Counted from the first letter of the stretch, positions 8,479 through 20,057 are shown. The stretch: 48,504 nt of DNA from Mycobacteriales bacterium (GCA_036278435.1 DASULA010000489.1:1-48504); one strand, 5' to 3'. Notes: generated from the letters alone by a model not told the origin. Numbers and translations: made by a program.

Positions 8479-9327
8479 TCAGCGACGCACCACGACCACG
8501 CCCACCACGCCGGGGCCGACGTGCGCGCCGACCACGGCCCCGATCTCCGAACACAGCAACTCACCCAGCCCGGGCAGCCGGCCGCGCAGCCGGTCGGCCA
8601 ACAGCGTCGCGCGGTCCGGCGCGGCCAGGTGCTGCACGGCCACGTCCACCGGCATGCTCCCGGCCAGCCGCGCCGCCAGGGCCTCCAACCGGGCCAGTCC
8701 GCGGCTGGCGGTACGCACCTTCTCCAGCGGCACGATCCGCCCGTCCCGGACATACAGGATCGGCTTGACCGACAGTGCGGTCCCCAGCAGCGCCTGTGCC
8801 GCGCCGATCCGGCCACCGCGACGCAGGTGTTCCAGGGTGTTCACGTAGAAGATGGTCGAGGTGCGGGCGGCCGTGCGCATCGCGGCCACGGCCACCTGGT
8901 CCAGGTCGGCGCCGCCGGCACCGGCCCGCGCCGCGGCCAGCACGCTGAACCCCAGCCCCATCGCCGCCGACCTGGAGTCGACCACCCGGATCGAGCCGTG
9001 TGCCACCTCCTCGGCGGCCCGACGGGCCGAGTCCCACGTCCCGGACAGCTCTCGGGACAGGTGCACCGAGACGATGCCGGTGGCGCCGGAGTCGAGCACC
9101 TGGCCGTAGACCGCCCGGAAGTGCGCGGGCGTCGGACGCGACGTGGTCACGGTCCGGTGCCGGGCCAGCGCGCGGGCCACCTCGGCCGGCGTGATCCGGG
9201 TGCCCTCCTCGCCGGCCTCGCCGTCGAGCACCACGAACAGCGGCACCACCCGCACGCCGAGCCGTTCGGCGAACCCGTCGGGAAGGTAGGCCGTCGAGTC
9301 GGTAACCACCGCGATCCGCCTGCCCAT
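8479..9327 (-). CDS. DegV family fatty-acid-binding protein
   Basis: MGRRIAVVTDSTAYLP...TSRPTP..F...IVSVHLSRELSGTW...TLEHLRRGGRIG... is a typical DegV pattern. Confidence 0.85.
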   Translation of the reverse strand: MGRRIAVVTDSTAYLPDGFAERLGVRVVPLFVVLDGEAGEEGTRITPAEVARALARHRTVTTSRPTPAHFRAVYGQVLDSGATGIVSVHLSRELSGTWDSARRAAEEVAHGSIRVVDSRSAAMGLGFSVLAAARAGAGGADLDQVAVAAMRTAARTSTIFYVNTLEHLRRGGRIGAAQALLGTALSVKPILYVRDGRIVPLEKVRTASRGLARLEALAARLAGSMPVDVAVQHLAAPDRATLLADRLRGRLPGLGELLCSEIGAVVGAHVGPGVVGVVVVRR

Positions 9328-9357
9328 GGCGCCCCCGGGAAGTGTCTGGAGTCAGCG

Positions 9358-12201
<2,844 letters not shown>

Positions 12202-12289
12202 CGGACGGCTCCTGGTCGGGAAGGACGCGCTGCCCAAGTCGTCCGGGCGGTCACCCGGGGCCCGAACGGCGCTGGCGTGTCGGGGCACG

Positions 12290-12315
12290 AAAAAAGCCCT
12301 CGCTGTCGCAAGGGC
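12290..12315 (-). terminator. intrinsic terminator (GCCCTTGC-GACA-GCGAGGGC followed by T6 on the minus strand)
   Basis: Hairpin plus U-tract read directly, downstream of the SGNH gene stop (12378) and upstream of leuS. Confidence 0.5.
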
Positions 12316-12377
12316 CTGCCGCGCTGGCATGGTACGCGCTCAGCGCGGCCCGATAAGGAGCAGGCGTACTACACGGG

Positions 12378-13196
12378 TCATGTGTCCATGTTACCGCGTG
12401 TGGCCGCCTCATTGCCTCCCACCGCGGACTCCGGCGGCGGTCCCGTATCGGCCGGCGCGGTCGCGGTCCACGCGGCCCGCACCGCCGCGGCAACGGCCGC
12501 GCCGACCTCGGCGTGAGTGGGCCAGTCCCAGTGCATGCCGTCGGGGTTGCCGGCCCCAGCCGCCAGCCGCGGCGCCACGATGCCAGGCAGGTCGACCATG
12601 GGCACGCCTTCCCGGGCACCCCACGCCCGCGCGGCGGCCACGGCTGGGCGGTGACCCGCCGTGACCCGGCCGTAGAACGGCGCGTCGTGCGGCGGTGGCA
12701 GCACGCCGATCACGGGCACACCCGGGTGCAGGGTGCGCACGCCGTAGACGCAGCGGGACAGGTAGAGGTCGGTCAGCCGCTGGGGCAGAGTGCGCCAGCG
12801 GCCCCGGGTCAACCGCGCCCCGACCGGTTGGCAGCGCCGGTACGCCGAGCGGGCCGCCCGCCGCAGCGGCGCCGGACGCAGGTAGGCGATACCCTCCCGC
12901 AGATACGTCGGCAGCACCGCGGGCAGGTAGTCCATGCCGCCGACCGCGAGCACCACCGCGGCGGCCCGGGGCAGCAGCACCGAGTACACGCCCGGGTCCC
13001 GGGTCATCGCCCACCACGCGTCCCGGGCGGTCCAGCCCATCCTGGCCACCACGTCCACCCGGGCGCCCAACTCCCGGGCCAACACATTCGGGTACAGCCC
13101 GGACTCGGTGAGCAGTTCGGCCCGTTCCGGGCCGTGGAACGCCAGCGAGTCGGCGAGCACCAGCACCCGCGCCGGGCCACCCGAAGGGGCGGTCAT
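12378..13196 (-). CDS. SGNH/GDSL-like hydrolase family protein
   Basis: ...ARVLVLADSLAF... near the N-terminus and ...NPDGMHWDW..H... near the C-terminus (SGNH blocks I and V). ATG 13196 forms an ATGA overlap with the upstream stop. Confidence 0.7.
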   Translation of the reverse strand: MTAPSGGPARVLVLADSLAFHGPERAELLTESGLYPNVLARELGARVDVVARMGWTARDAWWAMTRDPGVYSVLLPRAAAVVLAVGGMDYLPAVLPTYLREGIAYLRPAPLRRAARSAYRRCQPVGARLTRGRWRTLPQRLTDLYLSRCVYGVRTLHPGVPVIGVLPPPHDAPFYGRVTAGHRPAVAAARAWGAREGVPMVDLPGIVAPRLAAGAGNPDGMHWDWPTHAEVGAAVAAAVRAAWTATAPADTGPPPESAVGGNEAATRGNMDT

Positions 13197-13966
13197 GGCG
13201 TCGCCGTGGCCGCCGGGCCGACGGTGGACGGCCCGTCGAGTGCCTCGGCGTCGGCCGGCTCGGGCGCCTCCTCGGCCTCGGCCACGTCGGCGGGCACCGG
13301 CGGCGCCGGCGGGGTGACCGCGCCGACGTTGTGGGAGCGCAGTCGCCACCCGCCGTCGTCATGCCGAAGTTCGCTCCAGTGGCAGTTGGCCAGTGGCGCG
13401 ATGGTCCGCCAGTGCGGTTCGGGCAGGCCAAGCAGGTATCCGATCAGCGCTAGCCCGGTCGCACTGTGGGTGACCAGCACGACTGGCCCATCCGGTGCGA
13501 CGCCGGCCGCGAGGTCCATCCGGGCGGTCAGCTCGGCCAGCCCGGCGGCGGCCCGCTCGGCCACCTCGCTGCGCAACTCACCGCCGCCGCGCCGCCCGGC
13601 GTCCCCGGCGATCCACTCGGCGTACTCCCGCGGGTAGCGCTGCCGGACCTCGTCGCGGGTCAACCCCTCCCACCGGCCCACGGACCGCTCCCGCAGCCGG
13701 CGGTCGCATCGGACCGGCAGCCCGACCAGCGCGGCCAGCGCCTCGGCGGTCTGGGCGGCCCGGGCAAGGTCGCTGCTGACGATCGCCCGCGGGCGCACCG
13801 CGGCCAGGTGGTGCGCGGCGGCGCGGGCCTGGGCCAGGCCCACCGCGTCCAGCGGTGGGTCGGACTGTCCCTGGAAGCGCCGCTGCATGTTCCAGCCGGT
13901 GCGCCCGTGCCGCCACAGGATCACATGGTCAGCCGTGATGGCCGCCCTGGGATCGGAATGGCTCAC
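13193..13966 (-). CDS. histidine phosphatase family protein (GpgP-like position next to rsfS)
   Basis: ...ILWRHGRTGWN...(RHG motif)...VLVTHSATG... GTG 13966 lies just after the rsfS stop. Confidence 0.8.
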   Translation of the reverse strand: MSHSDPRAAITADHVILWRHGRTGWNMQRRFQGQSDPPLDAVGLAQARAAAHHLAAVRPRAIVSSDLARAAQTAEALAALVGLPVRCDRRLRERSVGRWEGLTRDEVRQRYPREYAEWIAGDAGRRGGGELRSEVAERAAAGLAELTARMDLAAGVAPDGPVVLVTHSATGLALIGYLLGLPEPHWRTIAPLANCHWSELRHDDGGWRLRSHNVGAVTPPAPPVPADVAEAEEAPEPADAEALDGPSTVGPAATATP

Positions 13967-13973
13967 CCGCCGC

Positions 13974-14396
13974 TCACCCGCGTTCGGGGTCGGCGTGGCG
14001 CTGGGCACCCTCGACCCCCTGGCCGTCCCGGTCGGCGTGCGCGTCGCGGAACGCGATGACCGGGCAGTCCTTCCACAGCCGCTCCAACGCGTAGAACGTG
14101 CGCTCCTCGGAGTGCTGGATGTGCACGACCACGTCGAGGTAGTCCAACAGCACCCACCGGCCCTCACGCTCACCCTCCCGGCGCACCGGTTTCGCCCCGA
14201 CCCCACGCAGCTTGAGTTCCACCTCGTCGACGATCGAGGAGACCTGCCGCTCGTTGGACGCCGAGGCGATGACGAACGCGTCGGTGATGACGAGCTGCTC
14301 GCTGACGTCGAGTATCACGATGTCGCGGGCGAGCTTGTCGGCCGCCGCCTGGGCCGCGGTCAACGCGAGTTCGGTGGCACGTTCGGATGCACTCAC
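13974..14396 (-). CDS. rsfS: ribosome silencing factor RsfS
   Basis: ...DIVILDVSEQLVITDAFVIASASNERQVSSIVDEVE...WVLLDYLDVVVHIQH..ERTFYALERLW... GTG 14396 is preceded by GAGAGG. Confidence 0.85.
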   Translation of the reverse strand: MSASERATELALTAAQAAADKLARDIVILDVSEQLVITDAFVIASASNERQVSSIVDEVELKLRGVGAKPVRREGEREGRWVLLDYLDVVVHIQHSEERTFYALERLWKDCPVIAFRDAHADRDGQGVEGAQRHADPERG

Positions 14397-14557
14397 ACGG
14401 GTCAACCTCTCAGAAACCGCGGCTCTTACTCGATCGGCCGGACCGGCGTCAATCCGCCGTCGGTTCGCCCGCTCCCGCCGACGCCCGCGGGCACGGGCGA
14501 ACCGACGTTGGGCCCGACCGTACATCGTGGTCGTTGGTCGTCGATGCCGTGGGCAGG

Positions 14558-15178
14558 TCAGGAGACGTAAAGCCGGTGTTTGGCGATGTACTGGACCACG
14601 CCATCGGGAACCAGGTACCAGACCGGCTGGCCGGAGACGATCCGTTCCCGGCAGGCACTCGACGAGATGGCCATCGCCGGCACGTCCACCAGGCTCACCG
14701 CGTCGCTCGGCAGGTGGGCGTCGCTCAACACGTATCCGGGCCTGGTCACTCCGACGAAGTGGGCGAGCTTGAACAAGTCGTCCACGTCCTTCCATGACAC
14801 GATCTGTTCCAGCGCGTCGGCCCCGGTGATGAAATACAGGTCCCGGTCGGGAAACTGGTCGCGCAGGTCGCGCAGGGTGTCCAGGGTGTAGGTCTGCCCG
14901 CCTCGGTCGATGTCGACCCGGCTCACCCAGAACCGCGGGTTGGACGCGGTCGCGATCACCGTCATCAGGTACCGGTGTTCGGCCGGGCTGACCATTCGCC
15001 GGGCCTTCTGCCAGGGCCGCCCGGTGGGAACGAACACCACCTCGTCCAGATCGAACCGGGACTGCACCTCGCTGGCGGCGACCAGGTGGCCGTGGTGGAT
15101 CGGATCGAACGTGCCGCCCATGACGCCCAACCGCGGCCGGGTCGGGACTGGCTGCGATGTGCCCACGGCGTTGTCCAC
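14558..15178 (-). CDS. nadD: nicotinate-nucleotide adenylyltransferase
   Basis: ...[15 protein letters not shown]...[10 protein letters not shown]... Exact start uncertain (GTG 15178 / 15166 / ATG 15121). Confidence 0.85.
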   Translation of the reverse strand: MDNAVGTSQPVPTRPRLGVMGGTFDPIHHGHLVAASEVQSRFDLDEVVFVPTGRPWQKARRMVSPAEHRYLMTVIATASNPRFWVSRVDIDRGGQTYTLDTLRDLRDQFPDRDLYFITGADALEQIVSWKDVDDLFKLAHFVGVTRPGYVLSDAHLPSDAVSLVDVPAMAISSSACRERIVSGQPVWYLVPDGVVQYIAKHRLYVS

Positions 15179-15267
15179 GAACGGCTCCGTCCACCGACTC
15201 CCGCATGACCTGTCCGCCGATTGATCGTAGTTGAGCGGCGCGCGCGCCGCGTGGCTGGCGGACGGGT

Positions 15268-16689
15268 TCAGGTGGGCAGCAGAGTCCGCACGAACTCGGT
15301 GAGCTGGGCGGCGTTGCGGCACTCGACCATCTCCACCTGACGGCCGTACTCGGTGGCCGCCGAGTCACCGGATCCCCACATCCGGCGGGGCTCGGGGTTC
15401 AGCCAGTACGCGTGCCGGGCCCGGCCGACCAGCCGGCGCAGCGTGGGCAGACCGGTGGGCCGGTAGTTGTTCCGCCCGTCGCCGAGGATCAGCAGCGACG
15501 TCCTCGGCCCGACCGCGTCGGGCCAGCGCTCGTCGAACACCTCGAAGGCATGCCCGTAGTCGCTGTGCCCGTCGAACCACACCAGGTCGGCGTCCCGGGA
15601 AATCCGGCTCACCGCGTCGGCGAGGTCGGCGCCCGGCGCGAACAGCCTGGTGACCTCGTCGCAGGTGTCCACGAACGCGAACGCCCGGACCCGGCTGAAC
15701 TGGTCCCGCAGCGCCGCGGTGAGCATCAGGGTGAAGTGCGCGAATCCGGCCACCGAGCCGCTGACGTCGCAGAGCACCACCAGTTCCGGCTTGTGCGTGC
15801 GGCGCGGCCGGTGCCGAGTCACCACCGGCACGCCGCCGGTGCTCAGCGAGGCGCGCACGGTGCGGCGGAAGTCCAACCGCCCGGCCCGGCCCACCCGGCG
15901 GCGGGCGGCCAGCCGGGCGGCCAGCCGCCGGGCCAGTGGCCGCACGGTCCGGCGCAGTTCGGTCAGGTCCGCGCGTTGGGCGCGCAGGAAGTCCACCTGG
16001 TCGGCCAGTGGGCTGACCGCGGTGCGCGACACCCGCTCGACGCCGCGCTCCTCGGCCGCCCGGCGGCGCACCTCGGCCTCCACGTAGGAGCGGAACGCGG
16101 CGACGCGCTCGGCGATCATCCGCCGGGCCACCTGCTCGGCCATGCCGCCGCGGTCGGCGCCGGCCAGCAGCGCGTCGAGCAGGGACGCGACCAGCGTGTC
16201 GGGGTTGAGCGCGCGCAGCACCCGGTAGCTGAACCACGACTGCCGGGCCGGGTCGGCCTCGGCCCGGCCCACCGCCGACACAGCGAACCGGGCGAACCGC
16301 CGCAGCGCGTCCAGGTCCCCGTCCAGCAGGAGTCCGCGGAGGATCTCCCGGAGTGCGTCGGGGTCGGCGGCACCGGGGCGCGGCGGTTCGGTGCCGTCAC
16401 CGGTACCGTCGCCGGGCTCGAAGCCGGCCAGCACCCCGTCGCCGAGCAGCGGCGGCCACCACAGGTCGAACAGGGTGTCGAAGGTGGGCCGGTACACCGG
16501 CCGCTTCACCAGGGTGGCAGCCAGCCCGGCCCGCAGTTGTTCCCGGTCGAGCAGGTCCACCGCGCCGAACGCGCGCACCGCGTCCAGGTTCTCGCTCACC
16601 CCGACCGGCAGGCCGGCCTCCCGCAGCGCGCCGACGAACCCCTCCACCCGCCCCAGCAGCCCCCCGGCCACCTCCGCCTGTCCGACCAT
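15268..16689 (-). CDS. VWA domain-containing CoxE-like protein (MoxR partner)
   Basis: N-terminus [30 protein letters not shown]... C-terminal VWA with ...[10 protein letters not shown]... (MIDAS DxSxS). Confidence 0.8.
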   Translation of the reverse strand: MVGQAEVAGGLLGRVEGFVGALREAGLPVGVSENLDAVRAFGAVDLLDREQLRAGLAATLVKRPVYRPTFDTLFDLWWPPLLGDGVLAGFEPGDGTGDGTEPPRPGAADPDALREILRGLLLDGDLDALRRFARFAVSAVGRAEADPARQSWFSYRVLRALNPDTLVASLLDALLAGADRGGMAEQVARRMIAERVAAFRSYVEAEVRRRAAEERGVERVSRTAVSPLADQVDFLRAQRADLTELRRTVRPLARRLAARLAARRRVGRAGRLDFRRTVRASLSTGGVPVVTRHRPRRTHKPELVVLCDVSGSVAGFAHFTLMLTAALRDQFSRVRAFAFVDTCDEVTRLFAPGADLADAVSRISRDADLVWFDGHSDYGHAFEVFDERWPDAVGPRTSLLILGDGRNNYRPTGLPTLRRLVGRARHAYWLNPEPRRMWGSGDSAATEYGRQVEMVECRNAAQLTEFVRTLLPT

Positions 16690-17205
16690 CCGCCACCGCC
16701 GCCCGTCACCGTGCCGCTCCAGTCGCTGGTGCGGTCCTCACGGTAATCGGCTGGACCTCCCACCGGCCACCCGCGACGATGGTCCGATGACGTGGACAGC
16801 ACCCGAGGTCACCCGAGTCGACGAGCCGTTCACCGGAGACGAGCGGGCGACGCTGGAGGGCTTCCTGGAGTGGCAGCGCGGCACCCTGTTGGCCAAGTGC
16901 ACCGGGCTGACCGGCGCGCAACTGGCCGAGCCGGCGGTCCCCCCGTCGAACCTGTCACTGCTCGGCCTGGTCCGGCACATGACCGAGGTGGAGCGCTCCT
17001 GGTTCCGCCGCCGGGTGGCCGGCGAGACGATCGGGCGCCACTACGTGAGCGAGGACCGGCCGGACGCCGACTTCACCGACGCCGACCCCGAGCGGGCCGA
17101 GGCGGACTTCGCCCGGTTCACCGCGGAGTGCGACGCGGCCCGCCGGGCCGTGGCCGATCTGCCACTGGACCACGTGTTCACCCACGACCGGTGGGGCCGG
17201 ATGTC

Positions 17206-17380
17206 GCGCTGGGTGTTCAACCACTTGACTTCCTCCCACCGGCTAAAGGCGGGGGATTCCGCCCCTCGCGGGGGGATCTTCCTGCTTCGCCGCCGACTGC
17301 CCTCGCGGCTCGTGCCGTTTGGGTCTTACGTCTGCTCCACAGGCGAGGACCGCCAGCCCGGCGGCTTTGATCGTGATCGC
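17206..17380 (-). ncRNA. predicted TnpB omega RNA (reRNA) scaffold plus about 20-nt guide derived from the flanking DinB sequence
   Basis: Position only. The tnpB stop lies about 15-18 nt from the right end, and the terminal region carries GC-rich hairpins (e.g. CCCC-TCGC-GGGG at 17262-17273). No covariance model could be run. Confidence 0.3.
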
Positions 17381-18538
17381 GGCGTTGTGATCCCGGTCGA
17401 GGACCGCGCCGCACCCGGGACACGTCCACTCCCGGGCGGCCAGCGGCAGGGAGTCCACCACGACCCAGCAGTCCGAACAGGTCTTCGACGACGGGAACCA
17501 GCGGTCCACGACCACCAGATTCCGCCCGTACCAGTCGGCCTTGTATTCCAGCATCGTGCGGAGCTGTCGCCACGCGGCGTCGGAGATCGCCCGGGCAAGG
17601 GAGTGGTTGCGGACCATGTTGGTCACGGTCAGGTCCTCGATCACGACCGTTTGGTTTTCGCGGACGAGTCGAGTCGTGAGCTTGTGCAAATGGTCCCGGC
17701 GGCGGTCGGCGATCCTGGCGTGCACCCGGGCAACCTTCACCCGGGCCTTCGCCCGGTTCGCCGAGCCCTTGGCTTTGCCAGACAGCCGGCGTTGAGCGAG
17801 CACGAGCCGTTCCCGGTCCCGGCGTTCGTGCCGGGGGTTGGCGATCTTCTCCCCCGTGGACAAGGTGATCAGCGAGGTGATCCCGGCGTCCACACCCACC
17901 ACCGAATCGGTCGGCGGACCGTCATGCACGGTGTCGTCGCACAGCAGGGACACGAACCACCGGCCCGCACTGTCCCGGGACGCGGTCGCTGTCGACGGCT
18001 GGGCGCCGTCGGGCAGCGGCCGGGACCAGATGATGTCCAACGGCTGCGACATCTTCGCCAGAGTGAGCCGGCCATCCCGGAAAGTGAATCCCGAGCGGGT
18101 GTACTCCGCGGACTGGCCGGACCGCTTCCGGGACTTGAACCGCGGGTACCGGGCGCGCTTGGCAAAGAAGTTGGAGAACGCCGTCTGAAGGTGCCGCAAC
18201 GCCTGCTGCAACGGAACCGAGGACACCTCGGAGAGGAACGCCAACTCCTCGGTCTTCTTCCACCCGGTCAACGCCGCCGAGGACTCCACGTAGGACACCC
18301 GGCGGTGTTCGCCGTACCAGGCGGCGGTGCGTTCGGCGAGGGCCTTGTTGTAGACGAGCCGGACGCACCCGAACGTGCGGGACAGCTCCGCAGCCTGGGA
18401 ATCGGTGGGGTAGAAGCGATACTTGAACGCCCGCTTCACTACCCGACCCACGCTCCACATTCTACCGGATCTACTGTGAGAGGGGGAAGCGGCGTTTTCC
18501 TCACCCGTGTGAACGCGGGCGTATCCACGCCGCGAATC
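17226..18538 (-). mobile_element. IS200/IS605-family, tnpB-only (IS1341-like) element, 1313 bp; junctions ambiguous by 3 nt (TGA on the + strand)
   Basis: Single TnpB ORF with no tnpA. No target-site duplication beyond the 3-nt ambiguity. GC-rich imperfect palindromes at both ends. Precise interruption of the DinB ORF. Confidence 0.8.
17243..18460 (-). CDS. tnpB: TnpB RNA-guided endonuclease (OrfB_IS605 plus Zn ribbon)
   Basis: ...KRAFKYRFYPT... The RuvC triad is recognisable (GVDAGI, VIEDL, DRDHNAA), with CSDC...CPGC. Start uncertain (ATG 18460, GTG 18451 or 18442). A TAGAAT -10-like hexamer at 18459-18464 would favour a leaderless GTG start. Confidence 0.85.
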   Translation of the reverse strand: MWSVGRVVKRAFKYRFYPTDSQAAELSRTFGCVRLVYNKALAERTAAWYGEHRRVSYVESSAALTGWKKTEELAFLSEVSSVPLQQALRHLQTAFSNFFAKRARYPRFKSRKRSGQSAEYTRSGFTFRDGRLTLAKMSQPLDIIWSRPLPDGAQPSTATASRDSAGRWFVSLLCDDTVHDGPPTDSVVGVDAGITSLITLSTGEKIANPRHERRDRERLVLAQRRLSGKAKGSANRAKARVKVARVHARIADRRRDHLHKLTTRLVRENQTVVIEDLTVTNMVRNHSLARAISDAAWRQLRTMLEYKADWYGRNLVVVDRWFPSSKTCSDCWVVVDSLPLAAREWTCPGCGAVLDRDHNAAITIKAAGLAVLACGADVRPKRHEPRGQSAAKQEDPPARGGIPRL

Positions 18539-18625
18539 TGATGAGCGAGGAATACGCCCGGCACCTCGGCCACGCCGAGCTGCTCCGCGAACGCCTCGAC
18601 GGCACCACCGGCTCCTGACCACACC

Positions 18626-18943
18626 TCAGCGCGATGAGCCCCCTCCCTCGACGCCGAGTTCCGCCCAGACCTTCCCAGCCGGAACGGTCGCAGCCCCGGC
18701 CCGCACCTCCGCGAGCGCGGCGTCGGCCGCCGCGACATCGGCGGCGTCCTCGGCGTCCTGGAGCACCCGGTCAACCAGAGCACGCACGGTCGCCTTCGTC
18801 ACCGGATCACCGCCGGAGACTCCAACCCACAGCCGCCGGCAGGTCTCGGCGATCGCATCCTCCCGGACCCGCGCCTCGTCCGCAGTGGCACCGGACGACC
18901 AAGGCGCGGAGTCGGTAGCGGACGTGTCGGCCGCGGGGGTCAT
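18626..18943 (-). CDS. hypothetical acidic Ala-rich protein (105 aa) with an antitoxin-like C-terminus
   Basis: ORF 18626..18943. ...AEDAADVAAADAALAEVRAGAATVPAGKVWAELGV... resembles the C-terminal tails of Phd/YefM- or RelB-type antitoxins (from memory). ATG 18943 overlaps the upstream stop (ATGA). Confidence 0.5.
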   Translation of the reverse strand: MTPAADTSATDSAPWSSGATADEARVREDAIAETCRRLWVGVSGGDPVTKATVRALVDRVLQDAEDAADVAAADAALAEVRAGAATVPAGKVWAELGVEGGGSSR

Positions 18944-19119
18944 CGGCGGGCTATCCGTTCTTTGATGTGCTGGTAGATGTGCTCGTCCATCTGCTCGACG
19001 GTGAGCGGACGACCGCTGATGAACGTGGGCAGGGCAGCGTGTTTCCGCTTCGGGACGTCGTGAGTCTCGGCGTCCGGGTCGGTTTGGGGATCCTCCGCCG
19101 GCACGATCTCGCTTTCCAC
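18940..19119 (-). CDS. hypothetical small protein (59 aa), below the ORF-track cutoff
   Basis: Hand translation from GTG 19119: VESEIVPAEDPQTDPDAETHDVPKRKHAALPTFISGRPLTVEQMDEHIYQHIKERIARR*. High GC3. The stop overlaps the next ATG. Confidence 0.4.
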   Translation of the reverse strand: MESEIVPAEDPQTDPDAETHDVPKRKHAALPTFISGRPLTVEQMDEHIYQHIKERIARR

Positions 19120-19178
19120 GCTGTACCTATATCACGGGGGAACGATCACTGGTCGTGCGGCGGTGCCCGCCGTGCTGG

Positions 19179-20057
19179 TCAGTTCAGGCGGAGGTCGGTG
19201 GCGGCACGGGCGTGGTCGCTGGCGTGCTTGAGCAGCACGCCCAGGGTGGAACTCACCGCCAGGGCGTCCAGGGCGTCCACGGTGTCCAGGCCGAGCGCGA
19301 GCAGCGTGCGGGCCCAGTCGATGGTCTCAGCGATCGACGGCGCCTTCTTCAGTTCCAGGGCGCGCAGCGCCCGCACCACCCGGACCAGGTGGTCGGCCAG
19401 GGCCTCGCCGACCTCGGGCACCCGGGACAGCACGATCGCCCGCTCCCGGTCGGCCGACGGGTAGTCCAGGTGCAGGAACAGGCAGCGCCGCTTGAGCGCC
19501 TCGGACAGTTCCCGGGTGGCGTTGGAGGTGAGCAGCACGAACGGCCGGCCGGCGGCGGAGATGGTCCCCAACTCCGGGATGGACACCTGGAAGTCCGACA
19601 GCACCTCCAGCAGCAGACCCTCCACCTCCACGTCGGCCTTGTCGGTCTCGTCGATGAGCAGCACGGTGGGACCGGTGCGCCGGATCGCGGTGAGCAGCGG
19701 CCGGGGCAGCAGGAACTCCTCGCCGAAGATCTCCTGACTGGACTCCTGCCAGGACCCGGCGTCGGCGCTCTGCAACCGGAGCAACTGCTTGCGGTAGTTC
19801 CACTCGTACAGCGCCCGCGCCTCGTCCAGGCCCTCGTAGCACTGCAACCGGATCAGGTCGGCACGGGTGGCCGTGGCGACCGCGTCGGCCAGCGCGGTCT
19901 TGCCCACCCCGGCCGGGCCCTCCACCAGCAGCGGCTTGCCGAGGCGATCGGCCAGGAACACGGTGGTCGCGATGGCGTCGTCGGCCAGGTAACCGGCCGT
20001 GGCAAGCCGGTCGGCCACGTCTGCGGTCGAGGCGAACCGCGGTGCGTACTCCACCAT
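19179..20057 (-). CDS. MoxR-class AAA+ ATPase (CoxD-like)
   Basis: ...LLVEGPAGVGKTALA... (Walker A), ...VLLIDETDKAD... (Walker B). ATG 20057 is preceded by GGGAGA. Confidence 0.85.
   Translation of the reverse strand: MVEYAPRFASTADVADRLATAGYLADDAIATTVFLADRLGKPLLVEGPAGVGKTALADAVATATRADLIRLQCYEGLDEARALYEWNYRKQLLRLQSADAGSWQESSQEIFGEEFLLPRPLLTAIRRTGPTVLLIDETDKADVEVEGLLLEVLSDFQVSIPELGTISAAGRPFVLLTSNATRELSEALKRRCLFLHLDYPSADRERAIVLSRVPEVGEALADHLVRVVRALRALELKKAPSIAETIDWARTLLALGLDTVDALDALAVSSTLGVLLKHASDHARAATDLRLN

Larger units (their letters stand above)
16787..18618 (+). pseudogene. DinB/DUF664-family gene interrupted by an IS element (5' part 16787-17227, 3' part 18541-18618)
   Basis: The 5' part ends ...RWVFNHL and the 3' part reads MSEEYARHLGHAELLRERLDGTTGS*. 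Joining the flanks restores one in-frame 172-codon DinB-like ORF. Confidence 0.75.

Noticed and set aside
12202-12289. A possible T-box or other riboswitch in the leuS leader.
   Set aside because: The leader is under 90 nt after the upstream terminator. I could not see a specifier-loop/T-box consensus (AGAGA…, UGGNACC-like) or a terminator/antiterminator pair.
13974-15368. A 464-aa ORF fusing rsfS to sequence antisense to nadD, and a possible 43-aa basic N-terminal extension of RsfS from ATG 14525.
   Set aside because: Only the last 140 aa look like RsfS. GTG 14396 has a GAGAGG Shine-Dalgarno sequence at proper spacing and gives the usual RsfS length. The upstream part is Arg-rich noise overlapping nadD.
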